A DNA stretch of 32,092 nucleotides, taken from positions 1 to 32,092 of the forward strand of contig LWCA01000330.1 in NCBI GenBank assembly GCA_001642005.1. Direction: 5' to 3'. Positions within the stretch are counted from its first letter, which is position 1. Each line of letters starts with the position of its first letter. The translations under genes and the position numbers were made by a program. The DNA comes from Intoshia linei. Lineage: Eukaryota > Animalia > Orthonectida. Of this stretch, positions 1-12,300 are shown piece after piece. Under the pieces are notes generated by a model. That model saw only the letters and a list, made by a program, of their open reading frames with translations. It was not told the DNA's origin and searched no databases.

Positions 1-561
1 TACCCCAAAACCCAATTTACACTGTAAAAAGATTATGCTATGCATATGGAGGGTATGGTATATCATGAATTTCTACAAACAAAGAAATTATTAATTCTGA
101 TAAATACTGTGAACAATTAGAAAAATCAAATCACAATATTTACCTGAAAAGACCACTGAAGTTTCGTAAAAGCAATATTATTCTACAACAAGACAATGCT
201 AGACCTCACACTTCTAAAAAAACCTCTAAGCTTCTAAGGGAGTTAAAATTTGAGGTATTACCACATCCACCGTATTCATCAGACTTAGCACCATCTGATT
301 ATTACCTATTTAAAGCTATGAGTAACCATTACTATGGTAAAAAATACACTTCAAATGAAGGGTTAAAATTGAACATAGAAAAGTTTTTGTCCGATAAAGA
401 AGCCAGTTTTTATGCTAATGGTATAAATAGACTACCGGAACGTTGGAAAAAGACTGGAAAGCAATGGTGAATATTTTATAATATAACTTTATTTTTAATG
501 TAATCAAATAAACTTTTTAATTTTGTTAAAAAAACGACATTACTTATGAAACGACCTAATA
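1..561 (+). mobile_element. Mariner (DD34D) transposon, 3' part with right TIR, frameshifted
   Basis: KIMLCIW, LQQDNARPH, LPHPPYSSDLAPSDY, GINRLPERW, NGEYF* (stop 484-486); TIR aaaaaacgacattacttatgaaacgacctaa (about 529-559) followed by TA. Confidence 0.93.
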
Positions 562-714
562 CATGTAAAACAAAAAATGTAAATTAATTAATGGTCCGAA
601 AATTAAAAAAAAATTATTCTGATAGAGCTTATTCCAGTTGATAATTTCAACTTCGGAAATCTACGCATTCCCGGTGAAAAATAATTTTTAATATATTATC
701 TAATATTTAATTTT

Positions 715-959
715 TGAATTAATATATTTCAGATATTTCGATTAAAATAAAAATTAAAAAAATGTAAATATTGATCCTACAATTTCAAAAAAAATTTATA
801 TTGAACGTCTATACATTAGGGCAACAATTGTCAAAAATTCAAAACATTTAAACAGTTTTACGGCATATCAGCAATTAAATTGTAGGTTTGATAAAATGTA
901 TGATATTTACATTTTTAATTTTAATTTGAATCGAAATATTTGAAAAATATATTGATTCA
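715..959. mobile_element. MITE-like fold-back element
   Basis: 715-785 is an imperfect inverted repeat of 878-959 (tgaattaatatatttcagatatttcgattaaaat... vs ...aatcgaaatatttgaaaaatatattgattca). Confidence 0.6.
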
Positions 960-1769
960 TCAGAATTTCGTGTTTGTTTGAAAAACAATAAATGTTTGAT
1001 CTGTTTGAAAGATTTTTCAAACACTACATATGACATAGGATAGATTCTATCATTAATTTTATAATTTTCATCTTAACTTTTCATCCAATGTTCTTTATAA
1101 ATTTATCATTATTTATTGAGATGCTATTATGGTTACTAATAAGTTTTTAGTAGGGCGGCCAAAAGTTAATAAAGTTAATTTTTGTTATGTTTATCGGCAT
1201 GAAATTACAAGCATGATGATATTAATATTATGCATATTAATTAGTTAATTAAAATTTGATGAAGTTACAAAAGTTACATTTTTATTTTAAAAGTTAATAA
1301 AGTTACATAGTGAAACAAGTGATTTTAAATTATATTTTAAAAAAATATAAATATTGTTATATCAAAAATTATTTACATTCACTTTCGATGTAACAAGTCA
1401 TTTTAATTTTATATTATTTATATGACATAGATTGATATAGTATTATTACTAGAATGCCAAAATTTCCTAAAAGTCGATTTGAAAAGATATCAATTTAATT
1501 TCAATTTAATCACTTAAACTGAATCAGAAAATTATTATTTTTGTTGTCAATAGGCAATAATTTAAACCGTAATATCAACATGTTATCAATCACCAAATCT
1601 GAAATTTAAGGTGTCTAAAGATAAAGTATATTCTTGGCTATAAGAAAAATATCTACTTGTTCCATTCCATCAAGTATTTTTCGAGGTACAATATGAAACA
1701 TGGATGACTACATATGTAGTCATCGGTCACTAAGGGGATAAGATTAATGTTTCTATCTATACTTGACCC

Positions 1770-2930
1770 TACTTTCATTTGGTATTTTTTGCGATAGAAT
1801 TTTCCATCTTTTTGTTGTCATCGTCTTGATCTATAATTTTGATAGGATCGGTAGTATGAGTACTACTACTCATTTGATTTTCTTCCATAATCTTTATCAC
1901 GTCTTTTCAAAAATTACAAATATTCTTTAGTGATACTTGGAATGTTGCTTTCGAAACTTTGAAAATTTCTTTTAGCAGACTTAAAGTTTTATTACTTACA
2001 ACTTTCGTCGCTTCTAAAGTCTTATGCAATACTCCACTGTTACTCAAAGTCGAACCTACTTCTTTCACTAGATATGTACTGCCATTCGTAACTTCCACAA
2101 CACCTTTCTTATAAAGACTTGGTGTTTTTTTTGTCAATTCCCATCCTATACTTATCAAATGTGAAACCGTGTTTAATAGAGGTTTGATACTTCTAATTTT
2201 GTTATTAGAATTGTTGTCAAACATATACGTCATAGAGAAATCGTTCATCAAACATACCTTTCTTACTAGAGAATGATTTTCTTCCGCGATAATGTCGAAA
2301 TTAGTATATATCACAGTTTTTATATTGTAATGTAAATTTTTGATATAAGCTGATTCGATACTTACTATTTTTTCCATGTTACATATATTTAATATATATA
2401 TTTACTGTTCAGATTAGGCTTTAATTTGGATCATCTGTAACCACAGCCACAATGAGAAGATATCTTCGCAAAAACAACAACAGCAAATATTCTAATTCTA
2501 TAATTCGACATGATGGAGAACGAATCCCTGTAAGGTGCAATTTTAGTGTAGATTCCAACAAATGCATATGAATTTTGTCTACCATAACCGTCAAGTTTTT
2601 TCTTGACATTTATATCTTTGTCCTCTTGATAAATTGGATCATCGAAAGATATAGAGAATCATCGTGACGAGAATAGTTATGCTGTATGTAACGTTTGTCA
2701 AGATACACCTTTTGTCGAACAGCGTAGTCAATATTAGTTATCAAATTATATACATAGGTGTCCCTCACAATAATCCTCAAAATAATGTTTAACATAAAAA
2801 TATTCATCTGTGAATACGTTCATATCTGGAGAATTTACTGTATATAGATTACAGTGTACTAAGAAAATTTTATTTATTTTTATTCATTACGGCAAAAATA
2901 GATATATTTTGAAATGTTGCAGCTGTAACA
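1770..2930 (-). pseudogene. Disrupted gene of unknown family with an N-terminal CxxC..CxxC motif, antisense to WDFY3
   Basis: One frame runs from about 2655 to 1773 with only in-frame TGAs (HCGCGYR*SKLK, NICNF*KDVI, KNTK*K) and includes ORF 1907-2377. Upstream, CYSCNISKYIYFCLHC forms across a 32-nt GT-AG intron. There are stops or compensating frameshifts around 2650-2750. Confidence 0.5.
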
Positions 2931-3328
2931 CTAATGTATGGAGATGATCCTACTCTAGACCTTCCTTTGGCATTGTCACAACAGCAAAGTTTTCTTCATC
3001 CAATTATATATAACTAATACATATCAACTATATTTTTATGATGAGTGGGTGCTAGTGTGTTCAACTTAGTTTAGCTTTGCCTAAAACCAAACAAGGTACA
3101 AGTTTTGCATGTTTTGCTTGCACTGGTCAAGCCCACTTTTTAACATAAATGAATGGTTGACTCATCATCTTTTTTCAATTTATTTAAACAAACATAATTG
3201 AAGGAATTTAAGTTTACCGCTATTTAATAAGTATTTATTATTGATTTAATAATGATGACAATTAAATTAAATTGAAAATATATAGTTTTAATTAGTTAAT
3301 CTTATTTATATTATATTTTATAATTTAG

Positions 3329-6300
3329 ATTTGACTGCTAAAAACCGAGACTGTTTTGAGATGTTCCAAAAGATATTTTTAATGGTATCTTAAAAAGTGT
3401 TGATAATTTAATGTATTAAATAGATAAATGATGATCGAGCGTTGCGTTGCATGTTGGATGTTATAAATCATATATTTTTTTCTGATAACATGAATTACTT
3501 TATATTGGAAGGGCACACATTTATGGTTTCGATATTCTCTTCTTTATCTAAACATTCTGAAATTGTTCAAAAAGCATACTTTAAAATTTTGATGGGTATA
3601 ATGGTCAGTTTAAAACATATCCCTGTGTTTGAAATTGCTGAAATATCTAAAGTGTTAGTAAATGAAAAGAATAAATCAATAGTTGAAATGAGTTTAAAGT
3701 ATTTTAAGGAACATTTAATCAAAAATATAAAATTTCGAAGTAGTTTTAGAACGTACAGTATATATTTAATGATTTTGGATGATATTTTTATAAATAATGA
3801 GAATAATTTTAATATTGCTCATTATAATGTAAATAATGATTTATTCACAATTGTAGTAGACATTGCATCAATTTCTGTTACCGATTGTAAACATAATGCG
3901 GAATATGTTTATACAGTATATATAAAGGACAAGAAAATTAAAAAATATAAAAAGCAAGACGCTAGATTAATTGGATATCTATTAAATTTTAAAATTCAAA
4001 TTGCAGCTTCAATTGAAAATGCTGATTTGTTGAAAAGTACATTAATTTTCAATATTCAATCGAGTATGAATAATTTAGTTGACCAGACTATGACTTTGGA
4101 AACTATTCGAATTGTGTCCAGTGCATATATCAATGCTTTGTGTAATGCCAATACTAAAAAATTGTTTAGATACAGTTACATGTTTGACACTTTTTTTCAC
4201 ATATTTGATTGGATTATTAATTTATTGAATGATCTATGTATTGATAAAAATAATGATCAATTTGAAGAAATTATACCAAGAATTTTATATACAATTTTTT
4301 GTATATTTTCTACTTTTGCTGCAGCAATACGGAATGATTTGGGTAATTCTTACTTTTTTCAACAATGTAATGGTTATCAAAAATTGACAGATATAATAGT
4401 CAAGTTGCATTTTTTTCAGGAGACGGATACGACTGTAAGAAATGAAAAAATTAAACCGAATTCAAAGAAGGTTCAAATGATAGCAAATATTTTTAATGAC
4501 GTAACATCTCAGGGAACTAATTTACACACATATGTGTTTATCAATATTTTAATCAATTTTTATTATTTAATGTTGGATCGATTTAGAAGGCATTCTGAGT
4601 ATATTCAACAATTTGAACCGACAAAAAATCAAAATTGGAGAGTGTATTTAAAAAATTATATGTCATTTGTTCAGAAAGGTAAAGATAATTTGGTTTACAA
4701 CACTTCCGCTTCGAAACACATAATTATATTGATTGCTAGAGTGAATTTGAGCTATGACTCTAGGGTATCTCTGTATACTTACTTTTTCCATATAATTTCA
4801 AATATTTGTATTAAAAAATCAAACATCGAACGGTTTGTGGCGGTCAATTTATCTGAAACCATTTTACTACACTTTGGTTACATTTTATTTGAACCTAAAA
4901 ATCCTGTATATACTGTTTTTAGATCAATCGTTGTTAAATTATTGTCGCTAGATTTTAGTGAAAACAATTTAAGATTTTTACTACGCTCTCAATTGTATGA
5001 TTGCATTGATAGTGAATTTGTAAAATCTCTTAATTCTCCACATATTCACGATATATATACAAATCGTAAAATTACTAAACCTTACGGATACCTATTTATT
5101 AATGGACATGATTATGTTTCCAATATTCTGTGTAATATTTTTTACGATATTATTCAACAGCGTAGAAATTATTACGATAAAGACGCCAATTTATCTTTTA
5201 TGTATACAGTTATAGATTCTAGTTTTGATGGAAAGGCAAATATTTATCTACCGAGCGTTGCTCCCAAAATTGTTAGACCTGCCACATCCTCTTTTTTGGG
5301 TGATGATGAACACATATTGTTAGGTGGTGTTGGAAGTGAAGAACGTGTTTTCCCACCAATTCGAGGACTGTCATTTTCTTCGTGGTTCATGTTTGTTCCA
5401 GATAACTCCAAATCCAATATTTTTAACATGCTGAATATTGAATATATCAATTATTTGACCAATTCTGCTAAATTTTCCAAAATGATTATTGATAATAGTA
5501 TTCCTCCTTTTAATGCTTTTTCGCTCAATTTTAATAAAATGACATACGAATTAACTATTGCTACCAGTCATTCTAAAGGCAACAATAATCACCCCTCAGA
5601 TATTGTGAGGTATGGAGCTGTCTTTTGTTGCAGTAATTATATTAAACCTTATGCGTGGAATCATTTGGTTATTGTTTTTCAAAAAAACCAATTGTCAAGG
5701 TTATTTTTTACAATTTTTAGTTGAGTATTGCCTGTTTATTTCTATATCTTAAATTTGTTAGAACCGAAAAAAAATTAGAAAATTTAGTTCAATCTAAATT
5801 CAACTTTATAATATAATGTATTTACAATAATAATTTTAATAATTATTAAATTTTTCCCAGTTTATTACATAACTTCAATCATCTGAAATGCACTTTATAC
5901 AATATTTTCAATGTGTAGGTGTATAAAGGTAAAAATTACAACATAAAAATTTTAGAAAAGTTTACAAATACTAGATACAAAATTCAACATATAACTACTT
6001 TATTACTTATTCAGATTGAAATTTTTTTTGTGTGTGTTAACAGGATACAACTATACCACCTGTAAATTTTTTAAATTTTAGTGCTGTTTTCATTGAAAAA
6101 AAAAAGTGTTATTTGTTTTTTTGGCCTTGAAGATATATTTTTTTAAAATTTAAATTGATAATTTATATGATTTTAAAATCTGTATTAGAGTGTATATTTT
6201 TTTAAATCCTCGAACTCGTTTGATTTTCAAAAAAAAAGGACAATTGAGCTTTTTGACCCGTAAGATGTGAGTTTGGGAGGTTGAAATTTATTTTTCTAAC

Positions 6301-9300
6301 ACCCCTTTAAGATCGATGTTTTAAATGACAAAAAAGTGTCAATTGTGGTCTAAACGTTTTCAAGATGAAAACTACACTCTAATGAATTTCCACTGTTCCG
6401 GTAGACCTTCAAGTGTTGATCTTAAACAAATAAAAAGTGAATTGAAAAAATCTTCAATTCAAACATTTTAATCTTTTTTCATTGTGGCCAGCTGTTCAAA
6501 AACCAGTGCCTATAATGGTTTAAATTGTTTAAAAAAAGTTAAGTCTGAAAAATTGGTACCCCACTTATTAACAATTTAACATAAATTAAAAAGAAAAAAC
6601 TTTTTTGAGTAAATCAGCCAATAGTGGAGTTCCACTGTATAACTAAAAGTCAATTATTTAACATTGGTAGATATTGGGAACCATTATCATAATTTCAATA
6701 TCTAAAATTTTTAAGATTTGATGGATTATACAATTTTTTAATATAGTATTCTTTGTGGGTCTATCAATGTCGGAATTCCTGATTGATGAAGTATGTAACA
6801 ATTTAGTTTTTTTTAAACCATAAACTGAAAATTTAGATATGGCGATTTGTTGTTATATCTAAACGGAGCTTTTGTGGATAAACGAAAATTGCGATATATT
6901 GCACCTTTTCCGATCAACAGTTTAACATCAGTAAACGCATACATTGGCAACAATGTGCAAAAACCTTTCAATGGAATTCCGAACGATATAAATATATGGA
7001 AACAAGGTCCAGTATATTTATTTGAAGAATTATTGAGCGCTGATATGGTTTACGATATATATAAAATGAAACAAGCATATGTTGGATGTTTCCGAGAATA
7101 TTCATCTTTAAACAATACAGATTTGGATTCAAAAATAATTTTTGGTTTAAATAATATTTCAAACTCTTTTATTACTTTGAAAGCAATTCGAACAATATAC
7201 AATATTTATGATTCAGTTTTAATTTCCAGTAGAATAAAATTAAACAGTGAGGATTCAACTATTCCACTATTTTATTTATCAAATTTGGCCATAAATACAC
7301 AAGGACAATCTAAATCTTTGGGAGGATTTTATATTGGAAATTGTGGCATCTACTCAGTTTTTTCGCGTTCTTTTCATTCATCTCTAGTATCTTGCGGTGG
7401 CTGTAAAATATTTTTAGCTTTAATTGCCATGTCAAATTCAAACGACAGTTTTTGTAGTTCTATTCGACTATTAAGGGAAAGTCTTATAAATAACTCTGTA
7501 CTTTTAACAGATTTTTCTAAAAACAACGGTTTTCAGATACTTGCTTATATTGTCAAGAGAAAGAAGCAATTCATAACTGTCAATGAAGTGGAAATGCTAT
7601 TTTCTTTGGTGACTAGTAATATATCTGATCCAAATAATATAATGATTTATAATTTGCGTTTTTTTGAAGATTTATTATACGATTTTGATACATGGTTCTC
7701 TCTTAAACCATTTGTAACAAATTATTATTTTAATTTATTTGAGCAATTGATCAATTGTCAACAATATGGTATGCAAAACCATCTAAAAATGAAAAGTATA
7801 AATACATTAAGACGTATATTTTCTCATTTTTTATGCTCTAAGTTTTCAATTAGTTTATTGGAAACTCTATTATCATTTTTATTTGTTTATTTAAAAAATT
7901 TTACCGGCCACAGTACGACAATATCTTTCTGTCAATTTATTATTTCACTTGTTAATCTCTCTGTGGATGAAAATGAAATTGATAGGCTTGAGGATTCGGA
8001 TGAAGTTAAAAGGAAACAAACTGAAATTGTTCACATTCGTGAAAGGTGTATATCACTCATTTTGAGATGCATTACTAACTCTAAGCAGACGGAATTGGCT
8101 ATTGAAAATTTTATTATGTGTGCAGGGTTTAATTTTATGTTTGTTCTGATGAATGAAAATATCATTAGTACTACTCGAGTTCTTTCTTTGAGATTATTAG
8201 TTCAAATTTGTTTATCCTCTTTAGCTTATACTCGATTTATTGATAAGAGATTGAATGGAAAATGCTATGATAAAAATTCGCTTACTTTTTTTGGACACAA
8301 AAAATTAAAATCATTTTTTAATGATTTTCCTACCAAGGCCGAAGTTACAAGTGTTCAATCAAAAATTTCAAATGTTGGAGGATACAATATTTTACATTAT
8401 ATTACCTCTTATTACGAAAATATTACTCCGGATTTTTATTTTTATCTTTTTCATTTATCTATGCAGAGTTCACCTGGACATTTTAATGAAAAAAAGGTAA
8501 ATTTTTAAAAATTATTAAATGAATCCAACACTAATGCATTAAAAATAACTTTATATGGGAAAAATATACACATGTGCCAAGTACAATAAGGTCCACTTTT
8601 GATGTTTGTTTTATTATTAGAAAACCCATTTTGCATGTGGATGTCTTTTTTGATTTTAAGCATTCATCCAAACAAAAAATGAAATCGGTTAATATTTACC
8701 TCCCCACTCAAATGTAATTATTGAAATTTATCCAAAAATTATAAGATAATTGTAAAATATAATTTTATTTTATGTATAATAAATTTATTTGGTTTCTATG
8801 GATAATTATGTTGGAATTTTTTTGATGAATTTACCATGCTTTGTATACCATTTTGTTTTTTAAATTAATTTCTGTTGTAAACACCATAAATGTTTTGATT
8901 TCATCATATTAGTTGGATAATTACTTAATTGGTTCTATAGTTTTAACTTTGGTTTGTAGGGATATTTGATTAGCCTGATTTCGTTTTTAAGTTTAGACCA
9001 ACCACTATTTATAAATAAATATTCTATTTTACTAAAGTTAACCATTATGAGTTACGATAATGAAAGAAGATGATGAAACGATGTAACTTATCTTATCCAC
9101 CTGAGTCTATGTCACGTTGCATATAAGTAATGCTTATTATACAATACTAGGAATTTTATTATATATTTATTAGCAATATCCTAACTTATATAATATGCTA
9201 CGCGATTTTTGTTTATTTATGTGTGTGTGTTCAGCTTTATTTAAATAATTACGTGTCTTAGAATTAATTAAATTTCAATTACAGTTTTTTCCGGGACGTA

Positions 9301-12300
9301 TATTAAAATAAATTCCAACCTCCCAATTTCACATCTTACGAGTCAAAAACCCCTGTTGTCCCACTTTTTAAAAATCAAACGAGTTGGAGAATTTAAAAAA
9401 AATATATACGCTGATGCGGATTTTAAAATCATAAACATTATCATAAATTTAAATGTAATAAATTTTAGTAATAAATATAAAATAGTTTCATTTGTTTCGT
9501 ACAAAATTTTTATTTTTGTACAGTTTGTTTATTTTGATATTTAGAAAGCATCTCAATTTTTAAAATTTTAATTGTTAAAAATAATTAAAAATAAAATAAT
9601 AATTAAAATAAATTAAATGTATCGATCATAGATTATCATTCAATGAATTTATGTATTAAATTTTGATTTTGAAGGATTCTTTTGTGACTATATTAATGTA
9701 GCATGATAATTATTTCTGAAATATATTATAGATTTATTTATTTTTTTTTATGTGCGACATTACACATTTAAGACACTAATTTCAGATGCACTGTTCATTT
9801 GATTCATACTATTATTTAAATAAATTAATTAAATATATTATCATTTTTAAATTTTAGTTGACAAAATCATTCCTTTTATCGTCGAAATTTAACGACCATT
9901 TATTTTTCGATTCAATTGATACATACAAATTTTGGAGATTAACACCTATTTTACTTATCAACCTAAAAATTCAGACAGCTGGAATCAACTATATGCTATA
10001 CACTTTATATAAAGAATTCGGATGCACATGCACGTCTCATTATTCTGTATTAGAATCTGCTTGTGAAATTTTTTCAGCATATATAGAAACTTTTAAAAAG
10101 TCAAACTGTTTTGTAAATTTTATAATGAATCATGTTTTCATTCAATCCTTATCGTTTACATTGTCATTCAACACTACAAATGTATTTCCATTCAAACATA
10201 ATTCACAGTGTTTATTTGATGTTGATGAGTATGAAGATGTTGACAAAGAATATGTATTTGATAATGTATTATACGCACCAATTGTATTTGGAATTGAATT
10301 AATGATTGGTGTTTTACAATCTGTATTTGAGCGACTTTCTCTTCAAGAATCTATTGCTTATGTTGATTCGTCATTGGACATTCCTAAACCAGAATCAATA
10401 CGAAATTTGAGTCTTTTGAAAAAATACTATGAAACATTTTTTGATAAATTTATCAATATAATTGTTCAGAAAGGTATCTATAATTATTTTTGAATAGTAT
10501 GCAAATAACATTTAATTTAGGTTATTGGGTAAAATATAAATCGAGTACGGTATTTTCAAAATTATTATCTACTAAAAACATGTCTAGTATAATTTCATAC
10601 ATATCAAACAAATTTGTTGATTTGATAGTTGTTCAATCTATTGAAATTTCATTAGATATAGTTTTTGATAAAATATGTAAATTATTCATCATGTATAAAA
10701 GTGAAAATTTACAAATTATTAGTTCTCATGATCACAAATTTAATTTATATTATGCTGCTCAACGTTTAATTTTGTATCAATTGTCTAAAAACATATTGGA
10801 TAATAGAATTTACAATAATGTCATTCAATCTTTAACTCAAATTTATTCCTATGATTTCATTATTTTGGACGAAATTTGCATTGATAAATTTTACATTACC
10901 TTTTATTTTTGTTTATGGAAAATTATTACACTTTGCGAAGAAGAATCGCATTGTTTATTATTACCAAATACATATTTATTAAATTTGGAGAGTAGTAAAA
11001 AGGAAAATCTTGTACAACAATGTAAAACGCTTTTCATTCAAAAAGAAACTGCAATTAAGTCTGAATTGAATAATTTTGTTTGTCAAAAATATTTAGTTAG
11101 TATTGATTTTGAAAATACTAATTTAGTTGATTTGAAATTGTCCGATTCTATAATTAAAGTTTTAAAAAATCAGAAGGATATGTTTAGAGCAATTAATACT
11201 GTCGAAAAAATTGAACCTGATAATAAGAAACCTATTCAAAGAAAACTTTTTCAAACTGTATTTTCAAATGTTAAACGTATTTCTAATAAAAATATCAAAA
11301 TTGGATCCATTGTGCGACATGATAATAAAATCAATAGATATTTAGAATTTTTTGCTTTCAATCCTCAAGTTAGTTTTTTGCTGTATGTCTTTTTTTATTT
11401 TTTTAGGCGTATTGTAATGAATTGGTTATTAAACAGAAATTTGCTCATCAATGGCTTTCTTTTCAGAATAAAATTATTATTGAGGTAACATTATGTAGAT
11501 GTAATTTATGATGTAATACTAGGGTGAGTAATATGTTTATAGGGTAGGACTTAGTGGTAGATTTACGTGTAATAATTTGTATAAACATTTATTAGTACAT
11601 TACTACATATTAATTATTAGATGTTACTTCAAATTTATACATATAAATGATAAATTATTATTTTTTTCCATTTTCAGCATTTATTTACAGAATAAAATTG
11701 ATTTGTATCAGTATTTGATATATTAATTATTCTGGATTATTTTACGGTATCTAATTTTAAAAAGTACGAATGCATATTTTTACAATAAATTCGTAATTAT
11801 TGTAAAAATATTTTTATAAAATCAGAGTGTAATAAACTTTTGACTTTGACTTATTAAGTTTTTATCAGTTTGTTCAAACATTCGTTTTCATAAAAAACTT
11901 AATTATAGTTGCTTCACTAATGTACATATTTAGGATGCAATACAATCCATAGAACATATAAAAAATGAATGGAAAAATAAAGAATATGAAATGTTGAGAA
12001 ATGGCACAATTATGGGGCAAACAACTAACACAAATCTTGAAAAATATACTAGAAGTGAAATTAGTGGTAATTTTTTAATATAATTTCATTTTAACTTATA
12101 AACATTTTATGTAGTTAGGCTTGGTATGAATTTTATCAAAGAACATCATTGCAATTTTTATGAACAATATCCATTTTTGGCAAATAGAAAAAATAGTATA
12201 AAGGTTGCATTATTTTTATATGAATTTGTTAAATTTGTTTTGGTGAGCAAATGTGATGATGCTTCTATTCTTTTTTGTGTTTTTAAAATTGATTTAAGAA

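Noticed and set aside
1670-1700. FHIVPRK resembling a HIT-family motif
   Set aside because: The preceding HxH residues are absent and a stop lies just upstream.
5244-7162. Antisense ORFs 5244-5450 and 6968-7162
   Set aside because: Shadow frames of WDFY3 exons with no motifs.
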